The notes under the pieces are model-generated. The model was given only the letters and a program-made list of their open reading frames with translations, was not told the DNA's origin and did not search any database. Positions 40,112-50,002 of a DNA stretch of 64,000 nt are shown piece after piece; within the stretch, counting starts at the first letter, position 1, and every line of letters starts with the position of its first letter. Position numbers and translations under genes: made by a program. Origin of the DNA: Candidatus Poribacteria bacterium (GTDB lineage: Bacteria > Poribacteria > WGA-4E > WGA-3G). Location: contig OZ243938.1 of the NCBI GenBank assembly GCA_965214095.1, positions 896,001 to 960,000 of the forward strand, given 5' to 3'.

Positions 40112-40987
40112 ATGAACATGTTTTTACGTAATTCTTGGATACCGGTCACGATTTTCCTTGTGGTAATCTGTGTCGTGCGTCCTGGCTTGCGAAACGAGAC
40201 AAACGCGGAAACAGCCTCTGAGAGTCCCTTTGTCGCAGCGGAAAAACTCATCATAACCGAAAACTATTATGAGGCAATACTTGCGCTCCAATCGCTCTTG
40301 ATGAGTGAGACCAAAAGCAAGGAACAGGAAGAAGCTCTCTGGTTGGCTCACACGCTTTTGGTCAAAGTGCAAAGAAACGAAGTGTGGGGAAAAGACAGAG
40401 ATCAAAAAATAAAAATTCTAAATAAATTGGGAGCGCATTTTGATAATGTTGAGATAAACTTTGGTTATAGATACGGTTTCCTGCATCGGTTGATAGATGC
40501 CTATCCAGATACGTCGAAACAGCCGATCATTGAATATGCACTCATACAATCGGGATACCCTGTGCCGCAAGATATGTTTGATGAAGTGGGGCATTTACCT
40601 AAAAAAAGTGAGCCCGCGGAAGGAACACTTTCTGTCCTGCACGCATATATTAAGAAATATGAGAAAACGGGACGTGCTGAAGTTTATAGAGCATATCTTG
40701 ATATTGCACATATTCATCACGGCCTCTGGGCGGCGATCACTTTTTCTGATCATCCCTATGTTGGCATGTTTGAAAAGTTTGGGACCGGAGACCCTGAAAA
40801 AGACAAAAAACTTGCAGACTCACACAGAGATATTGCTCTTGAATATTACGCGAAGTTTTATATCAATCCACACGGACTCATAGATACCTTTGATTATAGG
40901 TTCTATGATTTCAAAGATGAAAATGGTTATCAACTTTTGAAGCGGAAAGCAGAATTTGGTTGGAATTTCATTCTTTACGGATGCTGA
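40112..40987 (+). CDS. Hypothetical secreted or membrane-anchored helical protein
   Basis: RBS AAGGAG, N-terminal hydrophobic segment, 291 aa. Confidence 0.7.
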   Translation: MNMFLRNSWIPVTIFLVVICVVRPGLRNETNAETASESPFVAAEKLIITENYYEAILALQSLLMSETKSKEQEEALWLAHTLLVKVQRNEVWGKDRDQKIKILNKLGAHFDNVEINFGYRYGFLHRLIDAYPDTSKQPIIEYALIQSGYPVPQDMFDEVGHLPKKSEPAEGTLSVLHAYIKKYEKTGRAEVYRAYLDIAHIHHGLWAAITFSDHPYVGMFEKFGTGDPEKDKKLADSHRDIALEYYAKFYINPHGLIDTFDYRFYDFKDENGYQLLKRKAEFGWNFILYGC

Positions 40988-41023
40988 GGTGTTACTTATT
41001 TCCTTATGAAGAACGGCAAGGCT

Positions 41024-41163
41024 ATGAAAAACAACTATAGTTGGCTCTATCAACGTTTTTCTTAATACTTGCTTTTATACCCATCGCTTTTGCCCAAGAA
41101 TTTACACGGCATCTACCCGAAGGTGAAAAGGAGCGTCTTGGAAAAGGTTGGGTAGGTCAAGTT
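41024..41163 (+). pseudogene. 5' remnant of a secreted WD40 gene, truncated at a MITE
   Basis: FAQEFTRHLPEGEKERLGKG followed directly by the ATACCATTTCTA MITE at 41164. Confidence 0.65.
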
Positions 41164-41389
41164 ATACCATTTCTAATTGATTGTCTTACATTAGCAAAGA
41201 ACGCGTTTTGCGCCTCTTACATTTTTCACACGAAGGTCTAACTGCCAATCTCAAAATGAAATGTTATCTTTTAGGAATGGTATTAGGTCGAATTTAGATA
41301 TTCTGAAATTCTTAGGACACAATCTTTACACATCCTCATCAATAACAATTTGAAAGTGAATAAAACCCAACAACACACCAAAGGAGTAT

Positions 41390-43726
41390 ATGATGATTAT
41401 TCAAAACAAATGTAAAGGTAATCCACCATTAATTATCCTCAGTTTAGGCATGCTCGTAATGATAGTTCTGATCGGTTTATGCACGCATCTTGCCGCTGAA
41501 GACTCATCACAATCTGCTGCAACTGTGAGTCCAGCACAAATCGGATTCAAATATCAAGAAATAAAAGCACTTTACAAAAAACTCGCAAGTAAGAATCAGC
41601 CAGAAGAATTAGACGTATTAGTTAAAAAAACAACAGATTTCGTCTCATCCTTTTCTGAATACAAACGTATAGATGAAGTCTACTACTATCTTGGCAACGG
41701 ATTAGTCCGATTAAACAGAGTAGAGGAAGGCATTAAAACCTTTGAAAAACTTATTGAGCAACATCCAGAAGCACGCTATGTTCAACCCAGTCTATTAGAA
41801 TTAGGTATGGCTTACGACAAACTCAAGAAACATGACAAAGCGGATGAAATCTATACAAAATTGATTGAACACCCCAAGTTTGGCTCACGATCTTATGCAA
41901 AACAAGCGCAGAAATATCTTGAAATGGACAGATCCAAGCGAACTGGTGAAATTCCTAAACCATCAACACCAACAACATCGCGACCAAGTGAGTGGATCGG
42001 TAAACCTGCTCCTGATTTTCAAGTAAAGGATCTGAAAGGGGAAGACCTTTCGTTGGAAAAATATAAAGGGCATGTTGTACTGCTCGATTTCTGGGCAACA
42101 TGGTGCGGACCTTGTATTGGTGAATTACCTAATGTCAAGAAAACATACCAAAAATACAAAGATCAGAAATTCCAAATTATTGGTATTAGTCTGGACAGAG
42201 CACAAAAAACACTTGAGACGTTTGTAGAAAAAGAAGGACTATCGTGGGTTCACTATTTCGATCAAAGTGGACAGATTGCAAATCAATATAAGGTAACCGG
42301 CATTCCATCCATGTTTCTGCTTGATGGTCAAGGAGTTATCCGAAAGGCAGGTCTCCGTGGACATGCGCTTGAAACTGCTGTTGCTGAATTGGTAGAGGAG
42401 AATCTCACAAATCCAGGAGGTACACCCAAGATAACACCTGAGTCCACTTCTCCACCCAAGTCAATCCCCGCTACGAAACTAATCAAAATGAAACCGAATC
42501 CGCAAAACGAACCAGCAGTTCAACCTACTAAGATAAAAGTAGAGGATTGGGTTGGCGAACCTGCACCTGATTTTCAAGTAAAAGATTTGAAAGGTGAAGA
42601 ACTCTCTTTGGAAAAATACAAAGGACAGATTGTGCTCCTTGATTTCTGGGCAACATGGTGTCCACCATGTATCAAAGAGATTCCGAAACTTAAGAAAGTT
42701 TATGAAAAATACAAAGATAAGAACTTTCAGATAATCGGTGTAAGTCTTGACAGAACAATGCCACCACTTGCAGCTTATGTAAAAGATGAAGGACTTTCGT
42801 GGGTGCATTATTGGGATGAAAGCCGAAATGTAAGAAATCAATACGGAGTCACCGCAATTCCAACTGCATTTCTGATTGACAGTGAAGGGATTATCAGGAA
42901 AGCAAGTCTCGGTGGATTTGATGTGGACTCTGCTGTTGCAGAATTAATGAAGGAGAATCCTACTAAACCTGATGAGACCGTTACTCCTAAAAAAACGACT
43001 GACGACTTACCAGAAATCGGTGAAGACGTAGACCCTAAAGCCAAAGAAGTAATTACTGCAACGATTGCTGCACATGGTGGACTTGATAAACTAAAATCTG
43101 TCAAAAACATCGTGATGGAATCCCGCAGTTTTGAATATTTCCCTGATGGTACCGTGCAGGATGAGGGACGGAACAAAACTTACTATTATCCTAACAAAGC
43201 ACGCGCCGATTGGGACTTAGATGGGGGAAGCGACAGCTTAATCTTCAATGAAGATGCTATGTATAGGGTAACGAATGGAAAGGCACAACCTGTTCCAGAG
43301 GATAAGGCAGAATCTATTATTTCATTCTACAAGGATGGTCTTTTCAGAGAACCGATTTGGCTTCTGTCAAAACTCTCACAGGATGCAATTCCTGTTAAAT
43401 ACTTAGGCACTGAAGAAGTAGGTGATGATACAACTTCTGTTCTCCTCCTTCCACAACCTTCTGGGAAGAAACTGAAAGTCTACGTGAGCGAAAAGACACA
43501 CTATATAATTCAGTTTGTTTACGGTTTTGAAATGGAAGGTGAAGACAAGAAAATTACTGCTACTTTGGATGATTATCGGGCAGTGGATGGTGTCATGATC
43601 TCTCATCTTCGTACGACCAAGAATGGTGAATATCGTCAAATCCTGATAACTGACATATCCTTAAATGCAGAAATAGACGATGCGCTGTTCAATCCTGATA
43701 CAAATCTCACAATAGAAAAGGAATAG
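41390..43726 (+). CDS. TPR plus two TlpA redoxin domains plus a C-terminal LolA-like/beta-rich domain
   Basis: WCGPC and WCPPC; 'IAAHGG...LKSVK...IDDALF' C-terminal domain. Confidence 0.88.
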   Translation: MMIIQNKCKGNPPLIILSLGMLVMIVLIGLCTHLAAEDSSQSAATVSPAQIGFKYQEIKALYKKLASKNQPEELDVLVKKTTDFVSSFSEYKRIDEVYYYLGNGLVRLNRVEEGIKTFEKLIEQHPEARYVQPSLLELGMAYDKLKKHDKADEIYTKLIEHPKFGSRSYAKQAQKYLEMDRSKRTGEIPKPSTPTTSRPSEWIGKPAPDFQVKDLKGEDLSLEKYKGHVVLLDFWATWCGPCIGELPNVKKTYQKYKDQKFQIIGISLDRAQKTLETFVEKEGLSWVHYFDQSGQIANQYKVTGIPSMFLLDGQGVIRKAGLRGHALETAVAELVEENLTNPGGTPKITPESTSPPKSIPATKLIKMKPNPQNEPAVQPTKIKVEDWVGEPAPDFQVKDLKGEELSLEKYKGQIVLLDFWATWCPPCIKEIPKLKKVYEKYKDKNFQIIGVSLDRTMPPLAAYVKDEGLSWVHYWDESRNVRNQYGVTAIPTAFLIDSEGIIRKASLGGFDVDSAVAELMKENPTKPDETVTPKKTTDDLPEIGEDVDPKAKEVITATIAAHGGLDKLKSVKNIVMESRSFEYFPDGTVQDEGRNKTYYYPNKARADWDLDGGSDSLIFNEDAMYRVTNGKAQPVPEDKAESIISFYKDGLFREPIWLLSKLSQDAIPVKYLGTEEVGDDTTSVLLLPQPSGKKLKVYVSEKTHYIIQFVYGFEMEGEDKKITATLDDYRAVDGVMISHLRTTKNGEYRQILITDISLNAEIDDALFNPDTNLTIEKE

Positions 43727-43731
43727 AAGAA

Positions 43732-44163
43732 ATGATACGCATCAATTTGATTTTACTTGTAATTCTCTGTCTCTGTATGTTTGTTAGTGTTGTCCATGTG
43801 CAAGGTGCAACAATCAAAGGAGAAGTCATTGAGGCAACTCCAGAACAGAGACCGATTGCAGGCGTTACCGTAAAAATAGTTAATGTTGCAACTGAAGAAG
43901 AATTTACCGTCACAACAAATAAAGACGGTTTCTATGAGAAAAAGGGATTACCCGCCGGTCGCTATATTATAAGTGTATCCAAAAATGGTTATGGAGACAG
44001 AGTAGGCAAATCCAAAGTTGTTGCTGCCGGTGGTGAAATCTTTGACAGAATCAAGATGAGAAAAATTGAGAACATATTCACCTTTTTGTTTGATCTTTAC
44101 GGGTACTTTATCATTGGCGTTATGATAGCATTTATCCTAATATTTACAGGTGCAGAGTTGTAA
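43732..44163 (+). CDS. Carboxypeptidase-regulatory-like domain protein with a C-terminal TM helix
   Basis: TIKG.V...GVTVKI...TTNKDG.Y...LPAGRY.ISVSK.GY. Confidence 0.85.
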   Translation: MIRINLILLVILCLCMFVSVVHVQGATIKGEVIEATPEQRPIAGVTVKIVNVATEEEFTVTTNKDGFYEKKGLPAGRYIISVSKNGYGDRVGKSKVVAAGGEIFDRIKMRKIENIFTFLFDLYGYFIIGVMIAFILIFTGAEL

Positions 44164-44349
44164 TCTCCTATCTTTTTTCACAGAAAGTGATCTATAGTAG
44201 ATTTTGAAATTACTTGAACACTCTACACCGGCTAGGTTAGGAAACCTCGCCTACCGTCGGATGAAAGTGTAAATATAATTTTATACTTCACCATATAAGT
44301 TGTAGAAGAGATTTGTTCTTAAATAATTTGGTCTTATGAGATTCTGAAA

Positions 44350-44847
44350 ATGGAGCAAAAAATGACTCGCTTATGTTCAATTAGGATGTATATTGTATGT
44401 TTGTGTTGTTTTATGTGTTTCGGTATTGCATACGGACAAGATGCTTTTATTGATAGTGGAGGTGCAACAATCAGAGGTCAAGTCCTTGACGCATCTCCTG
44501 AACGGAAACCGATAGAAGGTGTTACCGTGAAAATAGTGTATTCTGCAGATGGTCAGGAATATACCGTCACAACTGATAAAGATGGTAATTACAAAAAAAC
44601 CGGGTTACCTGCAGGTCGATATATTATCAGTGTATCTAAGGATGGTTACGGAGACAGAATGGGCAAGTCAAAGGTGCTTGCTGCAGGCGGTGAAATCTAT
44701 GACCAAATCAAGATGCTAAAAAAAGAAAACATAATTACATTTGTTCAAAGACAACCTCTTGTATGGTTACTTGTTGCTGGTGTTGCCATTGTAATTATTG
44801 TCGCTCTTGTGATTTTCTTCATAGATTTACGGAAACCGCGTTATTGA
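44350..44847 (+). CDS. Paralog of the preceding carboxypeptidase-regulatory-like protein
   Basis: Same motif set, C-terminal TM helix. Confidence 0.85.
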   Translation: MEQKMTRLCSIRMYIVCLCCFMCFGIAYGQDAFIDSGGATIRGQVLDASPERKPIEGVTVKIVYSADGQEYTVTTDKDGNYKKTGLPAGRYIISVSKDGYGDRMGKSKVLAAGGEIYDQIKMLKKENIITFVQRQPLVWLLVAGVAIVIIVALVIFFIDLRKPRY

Positions 44848-44856
44848 GGAAGGTAA

Positions 44857-45948
44857 ATGGCACATGTCATTCTGAACGATGTAACTAAAATATACAACAA
44901 TGATATTCATGCTGTAGATAACGCAGACTTTCAAATCCCAGATGAGTCGTTTACTGTGCTTGTTGGACCTTCGGGATGTGGCAAGTCCACAATCTTACGG
45001 ATGATTGCAGGACTGGAAGAGATTACTGAAGGTGACATCTATATTGACGATGAACGCATTAACGACGTGCCTCCGAAGGATAGGGACATCGCAATGGTAT
45101 TTCAAAACTATGCACTCTATCCACACATGACGGTGTATAAGAATATGGCGTTTGGATTAAAACTGCGGAAATATGAGAAAAAGGAGATTGACACACGCGT
45201 CAACGAAGCAGCAAACATCCTCAGTATTTCGCATCTGTTGAATCGAAAACCGAAGCACCTTTCCGGCGGTGAACGTCAACGTGTAGCAGTCGGCAGAGCA
45301 ATCGTTCGGCAACCGAAGGTATTCCTATTTGATGAACCTTTGAGCAACCTTGATGCAAAACTTCGCGTCCAAATGCGGATGGAAATCAGCCGTCTGCATG
45401 ATCGACTCAAGGCGACTATAATCTATGTCACGCACGATCAGGTTGAGGCGATGACGATGGGAGATCAGATCGTTGTTCTCAATGAAGGGAAAATCCAACA
45501 GATCGCAGAACCGGGCACGCTCTACCACAAACCCACTAATCAATTTGTCGGTGGTTTCATCGGCACACCACCAATGAACTTTATTGATGCACAGATTGAG
45601 AGAAATAACGGCACACCAACATTGAAGTTTGAAGACTTCTCGTTGAAACTGAATACTGAATTGCAATCAATTCTCAGTGAAATATCGGGGAACTCTGTGA
45701 CGCTCGGTATCCGTCCTGAAGATATTTATGTCGGAGAAAACGAAGTTAATCAAGTTATCTCACATGTGGAACTTGTTGAACCGCTTGGAAACCATGCCCT
45801 TCTGTATCTACGGACAGAGAAGAATACCTTTGTTATCCAATCAAATCTGGAAGATTTACCACAACACAACTCGCCTTTGACGGTGAGTTTTGACACTGAA
45901 AAAGCACACCTATTCCACACAGAGACAGGCGAATCGTTGACAGCATGA
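44857..45948 (+). CDS. Sugar ABC transporter ATPase (UgpC/MsmX/MalK family)
   Basis: GPSGCGKST, MVFQNYALYPHM, LSGGERQR, DEPLSNLDAKLR, TOBE-like C-terminus. Confidence 0.95.
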   Translation: MAHVILNDVTKIYNNDIHAVDNADFQIPDESFTVLVGPSGCGKSTILRMIAGLEEITEGDIYIDDERINDVPPKDRDIAMVFQNYALYPHMTVYKNMAFGLKLRKYEKKEIDTRVNEAANILSISHLLNRKPKHLSGGERQRVAVGRAIVRQPKVFLFDEPLSNLDAKLRVQMRMEISRLHDRLKATIIYVTHDQVEAMTMGDQIVVLNEGKIQQIAEPGTLYHKPTNQFVGGFIGTPPMNFIDAQIERNNGTPTLKFEDFSLKLNTELQSILSEISGNSVTLGIRPEDIYVGENEVNQVISHVELVEPLGNHALLYLRTEKNTFVIQSNLEDLPQHNSPLTVSFDTEKAHLFHTETGESLTA

Positions 45949-46428
45949 TATAGTGAAATGTGAAAATACGGGCACACTCCACGGTAGATGCGGTTTCCTA
46001 ACTGTATCTATGAGACTGAACAAACACCAGTGGACTGTCTATTCTTATGTTGTAGGTCGGGTAGAGAGACGACACCCGACTTTATTGATGATAAATGGCT
46101 GCATGTCGGGTTTCGTGCCTCTACCCGACCTACAATTTTAGCGTAGACGCTCCACCAGTTCGGTTAGGAAACCGAACCTACCTTAGTGTAAATAATTATA
46201 CCGAATTTATGAGGCTCAACAAAAACCAGTTCGGTTAGGAAACCGAACCTACCTTAGTGTGTAAATAATTATACCGTATCTATGAGGCTCAACAAAAACC
46301 AGTTCGGTTAGGAAACCGAACCTACCGTGTGTAAATAATTATACCGTATCTATGAGACTGAACAGACACCAGTTCGGTTAGGAAACCGAACCTACCGTTG
46401 TGTGTAAATAATTATGATTTTTACTATA
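45949..46428. repeat. Expanded MITE: nested REP doublet plus four tandem ~71-bp REP units
   Basis: ccagttcggttaggaaaccgaacctacc at 46155, 46226, 46299 and 46369 with near-identical linkers. Confidence 0.85.
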
Positions 46429-46454
46429 ATGTCATGTGGTATATAGTAAATCCT

Positions 46455-47477
46455 TTAGAGTAGATCTTGAATCTGCTGCCATGTCTCATCATCAATAGGT
46501 ATGCCTTCCTGTTCACGTTTGCGTTGTTCATTCCAACCGCGTTCACCCGGCATCAAAATCTCATCAACTCCAGCAGCGCGCTTTGCAGATTTGATATAGT
46601 TGATAAAACGTTCTATCTCTGCACTAAACGCAGGAAACTCTCGGAAACTCGCAACATTCATTACATGCACAAATAACCCATTGCCAACACGTGCATCATC
46701 GCCACGACTGGAACCTGCACCGGTCAATGCACCGGCAAGTATATCCACAATCACACTCAATCCAAAACCTTTGTGTGCCGCAATCCCACCGAATGGTAAT
46801 ATGGCAGCAGGTGTTGTTTCGTAGAAATTGTTTGGGTTTGTCGTTGACTCACCATCTGAGTTGATAAGCCATCCTTCTGGTAGTGCTTCATTTCGATGTT
46901 GTTTCACACGGATCTTACCCGATGCAACAACACTGGTGGACATATCCAATACAATCGGGTTTTTGCCTTCAATAGGCACTGCACATGCAATCGGATTTGT
47001 GGAGAGTCTCCCTTCAACACCACCGTGCGGTGCAACACATGTGCCACCACCGTGGTCGTTCACCATCAGCAGTGCAATCATCTTAGCATCTGTAGCAAGA
47101 CAAGCATAGCCACCTAACCTACCAACCTCATTACATCGTGACACTGCAACTGAACTCACATCCGTTTGCTTTGCTTTCTGAATTGCTATTTCGACTGCAC
47201 GCGTTGCAATGACAGGTCCGAACCCCCAATTGCCGTCCAACACTGCTATGGATGCTGATTCATGAACTGTATCAGTCGGTGCGTTGGGTTGGATTAGTCC
47301 TGCTTCTATCTCACGCACATATTTTGGGAGATGGATCACACCGTGTGAATCGTGACCGACAAGATTCGCATCTATCATAGAATGGGTAACCACTTTTGCT
47401 TCGTCTGGAGGGATATTGTATTTTTGGAATACGTTTAGACATAAGGTAGTGAGTTCTTTGGTAGAAACAATTGGCAT
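46455..47477 (-). CDS. Ldh_2-family (malate/lactate/sulfolactate-type) oxidoreductase
   Basis: GHDSHG, DGNWGFG, TNPIA, DMSTS, HKGFGL, PGE. Confidence 0.92.
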   Translation of the reverse strand: MPIVSTKELTTLCLNVFQKYNIPPDEAKVVTHSMIDANLVGHDSHGVIHLPKYVREIEAGLIQPNAPTDTVHESASIAVLDGNWGFGPVIATRAVEIAIQKAKQTDVSSVAVSRCNEVGRLGGYACLATDAKMIALLMVNDHGGGTCVAPHGGVEGRLSTNPIACAVPIEGKNPIVLDMSTSVVASGKIRVKQHRNEALPEGWLINSDGESTTNPNNFYETTPAAILPFGGIAAHKGFGLSVIVDILAGALTGAGSSRGDDARVGNGLFVHVMNVASFREFPAFSAEIERFINYIKSAKRAAGVDEILMPGERGWNEQRKREQEGIPIDDETWQQIQDLL

Positions 47478-47484
47478 TGTGGGA

Positions 47485-48312
47485 TTATATGTCTTCTGTC
47501 CGATTAAGGATTTCTGCTATCCGTTTCGCGAAACGATACGCACTGTTGTCCTCTGGAGCATATCCTATCACCTTGCGCGCATTGGTAATGCTCCAGAACT
47601 TATGGGAGTTGTCGCTGATACCGTAGAATATCTGGAATGGGATTCCGTTCTCGTCCTCAATGTTCTCTGTTTCAATACTCTTGACAAAGAGTTGAACCTG
47701 ATCACGGACACTCAAGTATGCACCAAGTGCGCGGTGCATTTTATGATAATTGTCCGCTGTGATGTCATTCAAATCGGTTTCCCGCGGCGCACCGATACGG
47801 ATTTGCACATTCTGCAGTTTCTTGTTCTTCCTAAAGCCAGTGGCAAAAACAAAACCGAGATGTTCATACGCTTCTTTTGCCCATCCATAAAAGTTATCTG
47901 ACAAGGGACGCATCTCAGGTGTTACAAAATCCCATTTTCCTGACCAGATAAGTTTTTCATAATAGTCTGCTGCGTGGTTAGAACTACACACCACAACGCG
48001 CCGCACATCCGTTTCCCAACTGGTATGGTATATGTTATATGCCATCTGTATGTTGTTGAGTTCGTTCTCAAACCCACCGCCTTGAAATGCACAGTGCACA
48101 ACAGCGTCTACACCTTCAAAATATCGTTTATATAACTCTCGGTCAGGGTTGCTAACATCAACGATGTGAACACCATCCATCTCTTCTCCCTGCCGATTTG
48201 TGTTTCGGACATCAAGTAGAACAAGATCGTATCGTTCGCGAAATGCTGGCAGCATCCGTCCTGCAATATAACCTGCTGCACCTGTGATTAAGACTTTTCT
48301 GCGGTTTGGCAT
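47485..48312 (-). CDS. NAD-dependent epimerase/dehydratase (uronate-dehydrogenase-like)
   Basis: ITGAAGYI, SSNHA, YGWAK. Confidence 0.85.
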   Translation of the reverse strand: MPNRRKVLITGAAGYIAGRMLPAFRERYDLVLLDVRNTNRQGEEMDGVHIVDVSNPDRELYKRYFEGVDAVVHCAFQGGGFENELNNIQMAYNIYHTSWETDVRRVVVCSSNHAADYYEKLIWSGKWDFVTPEMRPLSDNFYGWAKEAYEHLGFVFATGFRKNKKLQNVQIRIGAPRETDLNDITADNYHKMHRALGAYLSVRDQVQLFVKSIETENIEDENGIPFQIFYGISDNSHKFWSITNARKVIGYAPEDNSAYRFAKRIAEILNRTEDI

Positions 48313-48429
48313 TGTACTTCCTTGACATTATAGTGAAATGTAAACATACGTGCACACTCCTCGGAAGATGCGGTTTCCTAACTGCATCTATGAGACTGAA
48401 CAAACACCGGTTCGGTTAGGAAACCGAAC

Positions 48430-49917
48430 CATAGGCGTCAATTTAGTGATTTTTTGCTGCATTTTCAAGGTGTTCTAATGTTGTGTCTCTATTAGCACGT
48501 CTCTCAATGTAGCACCCATTTTGGAAAGCGTGTTTTATTTCATCAAAAGTTTGCCGAAAAGACATTATAGACTTGCGGAAACCTATTGCAAGTGTGCGTG
48601 CGAAGGTGCTAATAAGTTCTGCTGTTTTTGTTAGACTATGTTTTAGACATCGCCAACCGACCCTTAACATGATCCAGTGCCGCATAATTGCGACGATGAG
48701 TTTTGCATATAACTCACATAAGATTCTATATGGCTTGTCGCTACGGGAGGTATCAACTTTTCCAATGCTTTTGAAGCACTTGAACATCAACTCAACCTGC
48801 CATCGGATGCGTGCGACAGCACAAATCTGTTCAGCAGTCAGATGGTCTACTTTTATATTAGTAATGTAGATATTCCATCTTGCGAGCTGAAGTCGTTTGG
48901 GTGAAGGTTTCGTATACTTCCGCTTTGCACGATGTTTTATCTCCTTAATACGCTGTTGGGTTTCTGTTTCTGAAAGTCTTTGAACAACTAATCGTGCTTT
49001 GAGACGCTTGTTTTTACCTATAAAGATTTGTTTGTCCTTGAAGTTATTAGAACCCTTCTTGAGCCATTTTAGCAAGCAAAAAGGGGCACCTGTTTCATCA
49101 TAGAGAAAACACTGGACTTTGTAGCGTGATATCCAAAAGACGTTTGCATCGGAAAGTCTTTTGAAGGTATCAAGTGAATAATAGCCGAGGTCTGCGAGGC
49201 GCAAACTGCCGGCGGGTAGCATGTCAATCTGCTTTTCAATAGCACTATCAGCGGTGATACCATTGGTCAGTTCAAAGTGTTCAAAAGTGCCTGTGGCACT
49301 ATCAAAACGCAGGTGGAGTTTCACGGCAGCTGTGTTCGGTTTATTCTTTTTGCTTCCACCTTCCCAAGTTTCGTGGAGCACATCAGGGAGTGTAATCCAA
49401 GAACTATCTTGTAAATAGACACCAGTGAACTTTTCAAGGAGCGGAAGCGTTTGCGGGTCGGCAGAAATAACCTTGGACGCAGTAGCATCAAGGATAACTT
49501 TCAGGGTCTCTGCTGCTTCAGATGTAAATCGTTGTTCAATGGCTTGTCGTGAGATTGAAATCCCCAGCACACCAGCGGTTTGCGCAAGTTGTGTATAGGT
49601 GGCATCTGGGTTTTCTAACCAAGTCCAAATGAGTATTTGAGCAAAACGACTACCGTTGAGTTTACAACTTCTTTTGACAAAACCTGTATTGAGAGCTGCA
49701 TCATTGGCTATAGTTGTAAGAATATGTTGCATTTCTTTGGGAACTTGTGATAATGTATTCATTAGGAAACACCTCTTTGTAGACCATAATAAATCTATAT
49801 CTACATTATATATGAGGTGTTTTCATTTTTACAGAAGTTTTATTTCATAATTTATACTTCCTCTGATTAAAAGTTGACACTTATCGGTCTTGGTGCATCC
49901 TTAAATTGACGCCTATG
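48430..49917 (-). mobile_element. IS4-family insertion sequence (1488 bp)
   Basis: 16-bp perfect inverted repeats cataggcgtcaattta / taaattgacgcctatg; 20-bp flanking direct repeats. Confidence 0.92.
48443..49762 (-). CDS. IS4-family DDE transposase
   Basis: QDSS, ADLGY, YITN, RWQVELMFK (YREK-like signature with Y replaced by A). Confidence 0.92.
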   Translation of the reverse strand: MNTLSQVPKEMQHILTTIANDAALNTGFVKRSCKLNGSRFAQILIWTWLENPDATYTQLAQTAGVLGISISRQAIEQRFTSEAAETLKVILDATASKVISADPQTLPLLEKFTGVYLQDSSWITLPDVLHETWEGGSKKNKPNTAAVKLHLRFDSATGTFEHFELTNGITADSAIEKQIDMLPAGSLRLADLGYYSLDTFKRLSDANVFWISRYKVQCFLYDETGAPFCLLKWLKKGSNNFKDKQIFIGKNKRLKARLVVQRLSETETQQRIKEIKHRAKRKYTKPSPKRLQLARWNIYITNIKVDHLTAEQICAVARIRWQVELMFKCFKSIGKVDTSRSDKPYRILCELYAKLIVAIMRHWIMLRVGWRCLKHSLTKTAELISTFARTLAIGFRKSIMSFRQTFDEIKHAFQNGCYIERRANRDTTLEHLENAAKNH

Positions 49918-50002
49918 GTTCGGTTAGGAAACCGAACCTACCGTAGTGTGTAAATAATTATAGTTTTTACTATAATGTATTACTGTAATAAGCATGGACA
50001 GA

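Noticed and set aside
46155-46400. Four 28-bp palindromic repeats at ~71-bp period, resembling a CRISPR array
   Set aside because: The spacers are near-identical to each other, the repeat is a dispersed REP found across the window, and no cas genes are present.
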